A stretch of DNA of 63,478 bases from Eledone cirrhosa. Its lineage: Eukaryota. Where the stretch lies: assembly GCA_964016885.1 (NCBI GenBank), contig CAXHJY010000555.1:1-63478 (forward strand), in the 5' to 3' direction. The position numbers were made by a program, and so were the translations under genes. The notes below the pieces were generated by a model. That model was not told the origin of the DNA. It saw only the letters and a list, made by a program, of their open reading frames with translations, and ran no database searches. This document shows positions 41,939-55,040 of this stretch, in pieces; the stretch's first letter is position 1; every line of letters begins with the position of its first letter.

Positions 41939-42617
41939 TGAATAAAGTTAGTCCTTCATCAGTGATCTTCCAACCATCATTGGTATTTCATCGCTTTAAA
42001 GACCATATACTTCCGGTTGGTGCGACCAACGGCTAAAAAAAAGTCGTTGGGACACGTAAATAAAAGGGACATGAGTGTAAACAAACAAAAATGGTGAAGC
42101 AACGAAAAGTGAGGAAGAAGGAGTCAAGTCCCAAATTTCTATGAATTTAAATTCAGTGAAATCGCGAACGAGAGAGAATAAAGGCCATCAAACCTGGTTG
42201 GAATGTAAGCAAGGAAGGAATTCCGTACAGGTCTAACGGGAGGAAGAAGGGATCTAGTCTGTGATTTCGGTGAACGTAAGTTCTGTGAAATCGTAGACGA
42301 GAGAGAGAGAAAAAGCGACCTGCCTGACCAAGGGTGCGAAAGAAAAGAATTACGCACAGGTCAAACGGGAAGAAGGAGGAGGAGGAGAGGTAGTAACAGA
42401 GAATGAGTGAGTGAAGGGTGAGGAAGAGGCTAACAGAGAGAGTGACTGCTAGAGAGGGTAAAGATACAGAGAAAGAGGAAGCAGTAAGAACGAAATAGAC
42501 GTGTAACAGCGGGGAAAAAATGTGTAAATATGAGAATAAACGTGCTGCGGGGTTGCTAATGGGTTACATATGAATAAAGTTAGTCCTTCATCAGTGATCT
42601 TCCAACCATCATTGGTA
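41939..42617 (-). mobile_element. TA-associated element with ~50-bp direct terminal repeats carrying CTGATGA
   Basis: 41939-41987 repeated at 42570-42618; a fragment of the same family lies at 29569-29660. Confidence 0.6.
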
Positions 42618-43016
42618 TCCATCTATTTATCTATCTATATATAATGGTTTCTTATATAGACACAAGGCCAACAATTTTGGAGGAGGGGAAAGTCGATTAT
42701 ATCGACCCCATTGCATTACTGGTACTTTATTTTATCGACCCCGTAAGGATGAAAGGCAAAGTTGACCTCGGCGGGATTTGAACTCAGACCGTAAAGGACC
42801 GTAACTCTATGCTGCAAAGCATGGAGTCCGACGTTCTACCGATACTGCCAATCCACCGCCCTCATCTATCTATATATAATAAGAATGGACGAGGTGTAAA
42901 ATTTTCATTAAATTCATTCAGGTGTGACGTGCGTTTCATGATTTCTCAGCTCAAGGTCCAATCTCTATCGATCAGGCCCGACTCTGGAATCAAAATCTCA
43001 TATCACTTCTGTTAGC

Positions 43017-43124
<108 letters not shown>

Positions 43125-43174
43125 TTATAAAAATGTTTAAGCTTGTTGAATCCCAACAAATTAAATATAACCTC

Positions 43175-43231
<57 letters not shown>

Positions 43232-43316
43232 ATAATAATAAATTTGAAGACTAAAATCCAAAGAGGGCTCGATAAGGATAAATATATATCAAATATATAA
43301 GAACCGTAGAACAAAT

Positions 43317-43944
43317 ATTTATTAAAATAACAGATTAAAGTTTAAGCAAAGAATCTCTGCTTTCACCCTTAACGGGATCTTCTGAAACTAACAAAGTCAA
43401 TCTGTGAACGCAGAAGTAAATATTTCAAAAAACGTTGCAACCGAAGGAAGACAGGAAGGCGATACTTTGGTTCGTGGAAACTTTCCCTGGCAACGAACGG
43501 GAAAAAACGAATATAATACGTCATTATTTGGAGCGGCGAAAAACCATTTACGTGGTTTTGTCTTTGCGTGCAATTGTTCTCCACGCTCCACATATGACGT
43601 ATTATCTTCGTTTTTTCCGTTCATTGCCAGAGAACGTGTCTATGAACCACCTAAGAGAACATTAGTCTACGACTTTTTTTATACCATAAACGTGGTTCTG
43701 TCTTTGCGTGTAATTGTTTTTCACCGCTCCAAATAATGACGTATTATATTCGTTTTATCCCGTTCTTTGCCAGGGAACATTTCCTCGAACTAACGTATCG
43801 TCTTCCTGTCTTCCTCCGGTTGCAACGTTTTTTGAAATATTTACTTCTGCGTTCACAGATTGATTTTGTTAGTTTCAGAAGATCCCGTGAAGGGTGAAAG
43901 CAGCGATTCTTTGCTTAAACTTTAATCTGTTATTTTAATAAATA
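43317..43944. repeat. fold-back element with ~230-bp inverted arms
   Basis: 43317-43545 versus 43714-43944; internal subrepeats; TA-rich flanks. Confidence 0.8.
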
Positions 43945-43949
43945 AATAA

Positions 43950-44016
<67 letters not shown>

Positions 44017-44075
44017 TAGATAGATATAGATAGGTAAATATACACGGGTGTGTATGATTGTGTATAGAAGATTAT

Positions 44076-44468
44076 ATTAATAAAATGAATTTAAACTTTG
44101 TCTGATTTACTCGTTTTATTTACAATCCTTTAAAATTTATAATGGTATTAGAATGAAATGGTATGGTAGAATATTAAATGTTAAGTGTTAATTGAACAAG
44201 TACTTTCATGCTTTCGCAATCTTCAGGTTTTTATTGTGTGGTGACAGTCAAGTTTGCGATTTTCAACTGTAATTTTCTACAGTTGAAAATTCCAAACTCG
44301 ACTGTCACCACACAATATGAACCCGAAGATTGCGAAAGCATGACAGTACTTGTTCAATTAACACTTAACATTTAATATTCTACCATACTATTTCATTCTA
44401 ATACCATTATAAATTTTAAAGGATTGTAAATAAAACTAGTAAATCAGACAAAGTTGGAATTCCTTTTA

Positions 44469-44476
<8 letters not shown>
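44076..44476. mobile_element. fold-back HHR element (~195-bp arms)
   Basis: Arms are diverged reverse complements around ~44274; ends in (TA)n. Confidence 0.8.
44195..44229 (-). ncRNA. minimal hammerhead ribozyme, canonical core
   Basis: AAC-CTGAAGA-T-TGC-GAAA-GCA-T-GAAA-GTAC-TT-GTT; palindrome AGTACT; a mutated mirror copy lies at 44318-44356 (+). Confidence 0.75.
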
Positions 44477-44525
<49 letters not shown>

Positions 44526-44644
44526 AAATTGAAGCTTTCGCCGTATCTTTTGACTAAAGAAATTTTACTTGATGGTGGGGTTTAGAACCCTCTAAGAAAT
44601 GGAAAAAGATGAGTATTATTCATCTTTTTCCATTTCTTAGAGTG

Positions 44645-44728
<84 letters not shown>

Positions 44729-44784
44729 GTATAGTATATTTGGCAATATACCGTATATTTAATTTAAAAAATGTTGTTCTAAAT

Positions 44785-45620
44785 CACCGGTTCCCAACCT
44801 TTTATAATAAATTCCACCTTAATGATATAGCAAAACAGTATGGTCCCCCCAAAAAATTTAAATTTTTGATATAATTTTTTTATGTAGAAATAATTTTGGC
44901 ATTGTCTTTTTATTTCAATCAAATCATTTTAAATTTATTATAAACCCTTTTTCAACAAAAAACATTAAAATAAGAACATATTTAATTTCAAAGAACAAAT
45001 TAATGAGATTTCTGATTTCCTTTTAAAAAAAGATTCATCTTTTCCAAGTAGTTCAGGGTGACATTTTGAAAGATGTAATTTGAGCTTAGAAGGCCTCATA
45101 GAGTCATTTCCCAGGACCTTGAAACAAGTTACACATTGAGACAAATCAATATTGTTCTTTTGCATGCAAACAAATCCCATTTGAAGATATGTATTATCAT
45201 ACTTTCTTTTTTTCTGTTTTTCTGACATTGAGAAATTCACTAAAATAAATAAAAAAAAAGTTTCTATATCCAGTTTTAAATGATAAATTTACTAAAATAA
45301 ATAATATATATCCTGTTATAAAAATAAATTTCTTTACTAAGTTTATTTACTAAAACATAAATTGTTATATTCAGATTTAAATAATTATCAAGTGAAGTAA
45401 AATCATAATTATAAAAGTTAGAAAGCTGATAAAAAGTTGAATATAAAAATTTGAAGCAAGAAAAAGAAAAAATTATGTTAGGAAACTACTCTTCTTTTTT
45501 ATGTATGAAATTTTGTGACTTTTAGTTAATTCCCGTGGCTTCTTAGTTAATTCCCGTGGCTTCCCCAATAACTTGCTATGGCCCACTGGTGGGCCATGGC
45601 CTCCTGGTTGGGAACCAACG
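44785..45620 (-). mobile_element. internally deleted hAT (Buster/Charlie-like) DNA transposon
   Basis: Perfect 8-bp TSD TTCTAAAT; TIR GGTTCCCAACC; ORF 44965-45240 RKYD..YL.MGF...CVTCFKVLGNDSMRPSKLKLHL..CHP (BED finger). Confidence 0.85.
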
Positions 45621-45818
45621 TTCTAAATGTTTTTAATTAAACATACGGTATATTGCCAAATACATACATTCATATATACATCGCTATTTCAGCGAACCAA
45701 TACTAATACCTAATTTTTGCTAGACTGGCAATCGCTCTGTGTAATCAGCTCCAGATTATTACTGGAATTCTATAAGAATCCAGCTTCTATAATTTTCGGC
45801 AAAGGCAGATGAGTGCGT

Positions 45819-45859
45819 GGCTTTGATAAACGCCAAACAGCGATAAACAGCTATCAGCC
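45819..45859 (+). ncRNA. degenerate hammerhead (U3:A8 type)
   Basis: GGCT-TTGATAA-A-CGC-CAAACA-GCG-A-TAAA-CAGCTA-TC-AGCC; lies between direct repeats 45621-45708 and 45929-46023. Confidence 0.5.
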
Positions 45860-46384
45860 TCTCTCCCAGCCTTTGCTGAAAATAAGTAAGTGACATAGTC
45901 ACTACTTTAAAACTGATAACGAATAGTCTTCTAAATGTTTTTAATTAAACATACAGTATATTGTCAAATATACTATACATACATTCATATAAAAATCGCT
46001 ATTTCAGAGCACCAATACTAATATCATACATATATATGTATGGTATTGTATATAGTGAGTATAATTATTATTTGAACTGATTAAACATTTGAGCACAGAA
46101 TCTTTACGTTCACCCTTTTCACTTGCGTGGTGATTTTCTGAAAGACGTATGCCAAACATTCATTACCAGAATGTTCTCTAGTTTTACATAAATGTTAATA
46201 CAACAATATTGTTTCTAGTTTTGATATAATCTTAGACACTTTTTAAACCTTGCAGAATCCACCGCCGCTTCAGGTTTGAACACTAACATGTTGTGTTTAG
46301 AAGGTGAGTGAGAAAGTAATAGAGAGAAAGAATCGATCACATTACTGATGTAGTACTTTACTTTATCAACTTCGACTTCAAAAC

Positions 46385-47023
46385 GATGAACGACAAAGTT
46401 GACCTTGAATGGATGAACGGCAAAGTTGACCTTGAATGGATGAACGACAAAGTTGACCTTGAATGGATGAACGACAAAGTTGACCTTGAATGGATGAACG
46501 GCAAAGTTAACCTTGAATGGATGAACGGCAAAGTTGACCTTGAATGGATGAACGGCAAAGTTGACCTTGAATGGATGAACGGCAAAGTTAACCTTGAATG
46601 GATGAACGGCAAAGTTGACCTTGAATGGATGAACGGCAAAGTTGACCTTGAATGGATGAACGGCAAAGTTGACCTTGAATGGATGAACGGCAAAGTTAAC
46701 CTTGAATGGATGAACGGCAAAGTTAACCTTGAATGGATGAACGGCAAAGTTGACCTTGAATGGATGAACGGCAAAGTTGACCTTGAATGGATGAACGGCA
46801 AAGTTGACCTTGAATGGATGAACGGCAAAGTTGACCTTGAATGGATGAACGGCAACGTTGACCTTGAATGGATGAACGGCAAAGTTGACCTTGAATGGAT
46901 GAACGGCAAAGTTGACCTTGAATGGATGAACGGCAAAGTTGACCTTGAATGGATGAACGGCAAAGTTGACCTTGAATGGATGAACGGCAAAGTTGACCTT
47001 GAATGGATGAACGGCAAAGTTGA
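46385..47023. repeat. 27-bp minisatellite (~23.5 copies) expanded inside a SINE
   Basis: Unit GATGAACGGCAAAGTTGACCTTGAATG resembles SINE GATGAAAGGCAAAGTTGACCTCGG; SINE sequence continues on both sides. Confidence 0.9.
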
Positions 47024-47369
47024 CGGCTCAGAGCGCAGAGAGCCGCAACTTATACCGCAAAGCTTTCAATCCGACGTTTTAACGACACTCCCAAATTCAC
47101 CGCATGCACATATTATAGCTTAAAGAAAGGAGAGCGAAAAAGCTCTTCTGTTACAAGAAGGATGACTAACATCACAGCAATAACGTATAATGAATCACGA
47201 AGCTGGAAATCGGGACTGGCTTGAGTGAGTGTTGATATATATTTACTGTAACGACTAGAAGATATAATTGTTTCTACAATAGACATGATTAGTAATTTCA
47301 TGGGAGTGGAATTGACACTAGAATATTACTGGTATTTTATCGACTTTATCGACTTTGTATTCAGTAATC

Positions 47370-48000
47370 AGAGGTAGGTGTAAAAGCCAAACTCGCTGTC
47401 TTCAATACGGTTTTCGTGCCAACCCTAACCTATGGTCATGGATCTTGGGTAATGACCAAAAGAATGCGATCGTGAATACAGGAGGCTGAAATGAAGTTCC
47501 TCCGAAGGGTCTTTGGAGAAATGTTACTTGATAGTGTGTGTAGCTTAGAGATCAGAGAGTCACCCCAAGTAGAGCCGTTACTTCTCCGAATTGAGAGATC
47601 ACATCTTTTGATACTACAGACACGAGGTTAGAATGTCTCAGGATAGAATCGCTGGTCAGATTTTACGGGCGAAACCAACTGGCAAAAGGAGCCCAAGAGT
47701 AGACTCCGATCAAGATGGTTGGATAACATCCATGAACTTGGCCGGGCACGCTTGGAGATCCAGCTGGGTCAGTTGGAGACGGTTGCTTCTGACTGGAACC
47801 GCTTGAGGGAGTGTTTGAGGACTCTGCCCCCGCGACCCTCTCAGGAATAAGTGGGCAAAGAAGAAGAAGAAGAAGAAGAAGAAGAAGAAGAAGAAGAAGA
47901 AGAAGAAGAAGAAGAAGAAGAAGAAGAAGAAGAAGAAGAAGAAGAAGAAGAAGAAGAAGAAGAAGAAGAAGAAGAAGAAGAAGAAGAAGAAGAAGAAGAA
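47370..48000 (+). mobile_element. RTE (Expander/Rex3-like) LINE 3' end with (GAA)n tail
   Basis: KAKLAVFNTVFVPTLTYGHGSWVMT...AEMKFLRRV; (GAA)n at 47858-48000. Confidence 0.8.
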
Positions 48001-49164
48001 ACTGATATTTGTTAATTTTTCCTACTATATCATCCGTTGGGTGAGATTTTAAGAGAAATATCCTAAGATATTTCATGACCGGTTCGTTGGAAAGGAACCT
48101 GAGGAGTTCGTTTACTGACCAACATGGAATTCAGACCGATGGAATTCAATCACGTCGTTAAATGAGGAATTCATTTGCCGATTTATTCGCTTTACGACCA
48201 GTTCGGTGAAACGTGGTTGTATTATGAATTTAAAATGTAGCTCTGTAAATAAGATATATCTATAATTGATCGATATTCGCAGCATTTCATAATTATATAC
48301 GTTTCGCACAATTCCGCTAACTGCAGCATTTATGGGTGTTATAGTTGAAAAATATTACAAATACTGACTGATTAGTTTCAAACAGAACGTACAGTATGGT
48401 AGAAATATATAAAGGGCAAGGGATGTCCAATAAAACAAAACAAAGTAATGTTTTACCCAGTAACATAGTTAGTAGGAGACATTGTGAGATATGTAATAGA
48501 TTACTGGTATTATATAGTAGAAATATATAAAGGATGACAAATAAAACAAAACAAAGAAATGTGTTTTACCCAGAATATTTCAACATGATATTTCAGGGCT
48601 AAAATCCTCTTTTCAAATGTGAAACGAAAACGAACGATCAATGTGTACTCCCTAACTAGGAAGAACACATCGCACGTTTCTAATGCATTGTACCAGCTTT
48701 TTGACACTTCTCAGTCATTTATTACATATTTCACAATGTCTCCTACTAACTATGCAACTTTACAAATACTGATGTTAAATACTATGTGGTATACATTTCC
48801 TAGCGATTACAGAAATGTATTTTATGGCATATTTTACTACTCTTTATGTTCTGGGTTCAAATTCCGACGATATCAACGTCGCCTTTCATCCTTCCAAGAT
48901 GGTGGTGAGGGAATCTATAAATTAATATACTGGGGTCAATTTAATTGACTTTCCTCTCCGTCTCCCATATTGCTGAACCAGTCAAGTACTGGGGAAAATT
49001 TAATAGATCACCCCCCCCCCCCCCCCCCCCTGTCTCTCGTATTGTTGGTCTCGTGCCTAAACTGAAATCTGTTATTTAAGGGAAAAAAAAGACTCTGGTT
49101 TAACCCTTTAGTATTTACTTTATGCTATGTTGACTTATTAAATGACAAGTCAGTCAATCATATC

Positions 49165-49528
49165 GATGGCCTCCCCACAGCACCGGCGGACAGAATGGAG
49201 AAGGCGTTTTTCCCGGAGGGCGGAAAGGGAGACGGGCTGGAAGAGCCATTCCAACTCGTGAGGCTCACACCTGCAGCTGGCCAGCTCAGCGCCTACGGTG
49301 GTGAGTAGGGAAGTAGCCCTAGTGCCGAAGACACCAGAAGTTTCCACTGCCAAGGGCACGACCGCAAACCTGTCGGAGAGCGACCGGTATTTGGAGAGTT
49401 TGGCCTCCTTAGCCCGACATACAACCTGGGTTAGTCGCAGACTGCATCAGGTTGCGGCTGGAGAAAGTGTCGGTGCAAGTGACATCCCAGACGAGGGGTT
49501 TTCCACCGCGGAACGGGAAGATGGTCAT
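49165..49528 (-). mobile_element. CRE-like LINE fragment
   Basis: Reverse complement is homologous to 53975-54335; PLAVETSGVFG. Confidence 0.75.
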
Positions 49529-50299
49529 GCCAAATTCTATATTTACTATTGTATTTTCGCAGTAAAATAATCTCGAATCTACGAGATTTTAATGACGTTA
49601 TTGTTTATTTTAAGAACGATACCTTAATGTCGGCATGAGCAGCCGGTTTCGGCCAGTTTGAACAGAAAAGGGGAAGAAAGTTTTGGGCAGATATAACCGG
49701 TTGAAATGCTAATAGATGGTTAAGAGATATTATTGAAATTCTGAACGGAAAGATTTACTTGAGCAACTTTGCTTTCAATAGACATATTTCGAATGTAATA
49801 GCATAGACCTCATCAATTTCTTAGAACTCTTAAACTTTTGCTAAGGCCATATTGGAGCACCACCATTCGAAATTTATGTTTTAATTCGGTTTCTTCCTGT
49901 TTTTCACTTTCATCTGCAGAAAGATTTCTATGTGTGTGTGTATCTATGTGTGTGTGTGTGTATGTATATTTACTGTCATTTTAGTATGCTGTCTACCTGG
50001 CCGTTTACCAGACCTACCAACCTCTAAAAACCAAAACGAGGAGTACCACATGAGAAAAGGGGGCTCCAAAACGGGGAGATTTTGCATAATGAAAGTTATA
50101 CCCATTTTTACAAGAGAAGACATTTTTCACCCACCCGAAAGTGGATGGGGGATCTCCCCCGTCGGACGAGGAGAGTTGACAGGTCTGGTTTACAGTTCAG
50201 TACTTAACCATTTAGCATCTGGTCTACCTGGATATTCAGCGTGCTTTCTACCTGTCCACTTAGCTTCTGGTCATCCTGGCCATTCAGTTTATGGTCTAC

Positions 50300-50890
50300 C
50301 TAGTCATTTACAGTACTGTGTGACCTATCTGGTCATTTACAGTTCAGTGTGGTCTACCTGGTCATTTAGCATGCCGTCTACCTGGTCTTTTACAGTACAG
50401 TGTGTGGTCTACCTGGTCACTTACTGTCCAGTGTGTTGTATACCTGGTCATTTACAGTTCAGTGTGTGGTCTACCTGGTCATTTACAGTTCAGTGTGTGG
50501 TCTACCTGGTCATTTACAGTTCAGTGTGTGGTCTACCTGGTCATTTACAGTTCAGTGTGTGGTCCTCCTGGTCATTTACAGTTCAGTGTGTGGTCTACCT
50601 GGTCATTTACAGTCCAATGTGTGGTCTACCTGGTTATTTACAGTTCAGTGTGTGGTCTACCTGGTCTTTTACAGTACAGTGTGTGGTCTACCTGGTCACT
50701 TACTGTCCAGTGTGTTGTATACCTGGTCATTTACAGTTCAGTGTGTGGTCTACCTGGTCATTTACAGTTCAGTGTGTGGTCTACCTGGTCATTTACAGTT
50801 CAGTGTGTGGTCTACCTGGTCATTTACAGTTCAGTGTGTGGTCTACCTGGTCATTTACAGTTCAGTGTGTGGTCCTCCTGGTCATTTATC
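50300..50890. repeat. 31-bp minisatellite with a 279-bp (9-mer) higher-order duplication
   Basis: Unit GGTCATTTACAGTTCAGTGTGTGGTCTACCT; the same variant units recur at 50381 and 50660. Confidence 0.9.
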
Positions 50891-52783
50891 ATGCTGTCTA
50901 CCTGGTATTTTAGTATGCGGTCTACCTGGCCACTCAGCGTGCTTTCTACCTTAACCACAACATCTTTATATTGCAGGATAATAAAGACAAGTTAAAAAAT
51001 GTTGGCTGTTGATTCTATTACTATTGACGTAGAATGGGGAATTGGCAGAATCGTAAGGGCGTCGAACAAAATGCTATACAATCCCGCTGGTTCAACTTTG
51101 CCTTTAATACATACGGGATCGATAAAATTAAGTACCAGTCAAATATTTATCGATCGATCTAATCGATTTCCACCCCACCCATCTCCACGCAAAATTACTG
51201 GCCTTATGCCTAAATTTAAAAAAAAAATTTAAAAGACGAATAGGCTATTTTACCGGTCCCGGTAAAGAAAACTGACATGCATTTTAAGCTTAATTTTACC
51301 GGTCCCGGTAAAATAGACCCCCAGGCTATTTTACAAGTAAATATAAGTAGTATTAGGGTTAGTGTTAGTGTTAGGTAGTGTTAGTAGTGTCTTTACAATT
51401 GGTGGTGAAAATAAATAAACTTCTGTGTTAAATCTGTGTGTTGTTATTTTTAACATTACCTGCCTTCATAATAATGGTTTCTGATTTAGGCACAAGGCCA
51501 ACAATTTCGGGAGAGAGGAAAGTCAATTAAATTGACCCCAGAACATTACTGGTGCTTTATTTTATCGACCCAGTAAGGACGAAAGGCTAAGTTAACCTCG
51601 ACGGGATTTGAACTCAGAATGTAAAGGCCCGTAACTATATGCCGCAAAGCATGTTGTCTGACGCTCTACCGATACTGCCAATCCACCACCCTACCTGCTT
51701 TCATGATAATAAAAATATTTACCGGCAAAATAGTCGGGACCGGCAAAATAACCTCTCCCTAAAAAAAAAAAAAAACATTATTAATTACATACATTTAATT
51801 ATCAAAATCATAATCATAATCATAAAAATACAGCATCCTTTAACAATACACATTTCGTTTAGATCAGGTATGTCAAACCTGTGGCCCGCGGGCCGCATGC
51901 ATCCCTTTACAAGCACACCTGGGCCCGCACAAAGGTTTTTACAGCGCGTGCATGTTTTATCTTCGTAATATAAAATTAAAAAATGTGTTTCAATGTGCAC
52001 AATTAGTTGTCGTGTGGCCCTCAGACAACACATATGTGACTCATGTGGCCCTCAGACAACATATGTGACCCATGTGTCCTCGGAGCCCCTCAGTTTGACA
52101 TGCCTAAGTCAGAGGTACCACAACCGAATCTGTCAGTGTCCGTTGATCAGTGCTGGATTTACCATTGTGCTTAGATGTGCTTTAGCACAGGGTCCCGTTG
52201 ATCAGTGAGGGCCCATCTTCTTTCCCTAAAATTTGTTTACCTCCTTCAGGGCCCAAGTAAAGGGGCCTCATAACTTAACTAACACAAGGCCTCATTTGTC
52301 CTAAATGCAGTACTGCCGCTGATAATTGCTATTTGATATAAACAGGTCAGGATCACTCAGGTTAAGGATGTAAAAAGAACAAAAAAAGCTAAACGCAGAT
52401 AAGCTGAGGCAATAAATTCATACCCACAAAAACCACAACATTCACTGAGGTCTCGATAAACAGTTCGGATCATTATTACACAACGTCTAATACGGATATC
52501 GTGGTAGACCGCATATTAAATTAACAGCTCTGTTGTTGTTGTGGTGGTGGGGGTTTTATCACTATTCATAAGAACGTCTTTAGCTTCCTTCACAAATACT
52601 TGAAACAGTAGAACTGCATTTTTATTTTTATTTTTCGAGAAATTTAACCCTGTTTAGTGTAAATCTATTTTCGTATTCTTTCCTAGAGGTTAATAAAAAA
52701 TAATTTTTTCTATTCAATGTCAGGCTGAATTTTAAATGGTTAATCTTAAATGGATTGTTATTATTCTTAGAATTATTATATAT

Positions 52784-53550
52784 ACTAGCAGAAAAAACAC
52801 CCTTAGGGTGGTTTTCTGCTAGCATGTGTAGTGTGTATATTGATATTATACGCAAGTATATATACATGTAGATATAATACGTCAAATAAAATCGTAATTG
52901 AGAATATGCACAGAAATTGAAGAGAGACTGTGTTACACTGTCTTCTGTAATCAGTAAAGTAATCCTTGATACAATTAAAAAAAACGATATTATATATAAA
53001 CTACATTACGGTAAAATGTAATGAAAACGAAAAAGGAGAAAATTAGCGACAGAAATATAAACCTTATATAACGATGCAAATATATGAACGTTTATATAAG
53101 CGATGTGATATAGTGTACGGCTGTATGTCATGATATAATGGAAGCTAACCGGATAGAAGTGAATCTTAAAATAAGCAATACTTAATGTATAAGAATATTT
53201 GTTTAATCAACAGCTACGAAACTTAGTAGAGAAATTACATAATTGTTTCTACGTTTGGTACAAGGCCAGCAATTACCCAGTGCATTACTGGTACTTTATT
53301 TTATCGACCCCGTAAGGATGAAAGGCAAAGTTAACCTCGGCGAGATTTGAACTCAGAATGGCAAGGGCCGTAACTCTATATGTCAAAGCATGGCGTTCGA
53401 CCCTCTACCGATACTGCCAATCCACCTCCCTTAGATAAATTACATAATATTCATTCATGATTTATTTATTGAAAGTAATCCAACTTATTTTAATAACGTG
53501 TTCAGAAAAAATATCTCTGACGCAGTGCCGCAGTCCTCTAATCATTCTAT
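52784..53550 (-). mobile_element. Helitron-like element with nested SINE
   Basis: CTAG end with hairpin CTAGCAGAAAA...TTTTCTGCTAG; nested SINE with TSD AAATTACATAAT; homologous to 55041-55745. Confidence 0.55.
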
Positions 53551-53879
53551 ATTAGACTAGGAGGCTGGTGGATTGGCAGTATTGGAAGAGCGTCGGACAA
53601 CATGCTTTGACGCATAGAGTTACAGCCCTTGCCATTCTGAGTTCAAATCCCGCCAGGGTTAACTTTGCCTTTCATCCTTACGAGGTCGATAAAATAAAGT
53701 ACCAGTAATGCACTGGTATAATTGCTGGCCTTGTACCAAACGTAGAAACAATTATTATTTTTATTGGCGGATTTTTTTTATTGGAGGAACGGAGAGGTTA
53801 TAATTGTCAGTCCGTTCATAAAAATGAACGGATCTGCAAATGCGAAAACTTGTTTCGCGTTCTTTCTTTGGAAGAAAGT

Positions 53880-54340
53880 CTAGATGTCATTAAGCGTGGC
53901 TTGGACGCTGCAGGCTTCCCTTCCCAGCTCGAGCCGGTGGAGCTGGATTGAGGGGACGGCAAAAGGCCAGATGGCATGACCATCTTCCCGTTCCGCGGTG
54001 GCAAACCCCTCGTCTGGGATGCCACTTGCACCGTCACTTTCTGCAGCCGCAACCTGGTGCAGTCTGCGACTGACCCAGGTTCTGCTGCACGTCGGGCCGA
54101 GGGGAGGCCAAACTCCTCAAATACCGGTCGCTCTCCGACAGGTTTGCGGTCGTTCCCCTGGCAGTGGAAACTTCTAGTGTCCTCGGCCCCAGGGCCACCT
54201 CCTTACTCACCACCATGGGCGCTGAGCTGGCCAGCTGTAGGTGTGAGCCCCGCGAGTTGGAGTGGCTTTTCCAGCGCATCTCCCTTGCCGTCCTCCGAGG
54301 AAACGCCTTCTCCATTCTGTTCGCCGGGGCTGTGGGTGGG
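53880..54340 (+). mobile_element. CRE-like LINE endonuclease fragment
   Basis: GKRPDGMTIFPFRGGKPLVWDATC ... WLFQRISLAVLRGNA. Confidence 0.8.
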
Positions 54341-55040
54341 CCTCATCGCGTACCAATACATTAGTTAAATACCATTCTTTCATCACAAAGAAATTATATT
54401 GTTCAATTAAATTATATAATTGTTTCTACTTTAGGCACAAGGCCAGCAATTACCCAGTGCATTACTGGTACTTTATTTTATCGACCTCGTAAGGATGAAA
54501 GACAAAGTCAACCTCGACGGGATTTGAACTCAGAATGGCAAGGGCCGTAATTAAATTATATATTCCTTGCCTTTCCAACATCATATTTTTATTGAGAGAG
54601 AATTCTGTGCATTTACTCGACTTCGTATGAAGCAGCAGTGAAAGCTCCGAAATAGAGAGTGTGGAGATCTCATCTCAGGCTTATTCTGCTTGAGATAGAG
54701 AGGCTACTTTCACTTCACCAAACTCATCCTTCTCATTGAACCCCCCTCACTTAAAACTTATCTGGATGGGCTGGTTTAATGGTTTACCATTGACTTCTCC
54801 AATACGTGTTGTAAATTAGTGCATTATTTTATATCCCGCCGAGGTTAACTTTGCCTTTCATCCTTACGGGGGGGGGGGGGGGGTCGATAAAATAAAGTAC
54901 CAGTAATGTACTGGGTAATTGCTGGCCTTGTGCCTAAAAGTAGAAACAATTATTTTATTGACTAAGAACATATTTGTGTATGTAGAAAGGTCGCTTTATT
55001 GGTGGTGGATTGGGGGACGCTATAAATTTATTATTTATAA

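Noticed and set aside
46358-47123. 245-aa and 219-aa repeat proteins
   Set aside because: Translations of a SINE-derived 27-bp minisatellite
49930-50995. Cys/Ser/Val-rich ORFs
   Set aside because: 31-bp minisatellite plus LINE 3' UTR
51352-51390. Telomere-like TTAGGG/TTAGTG stretch
   Set aside because: Only one true TTAGGG unit
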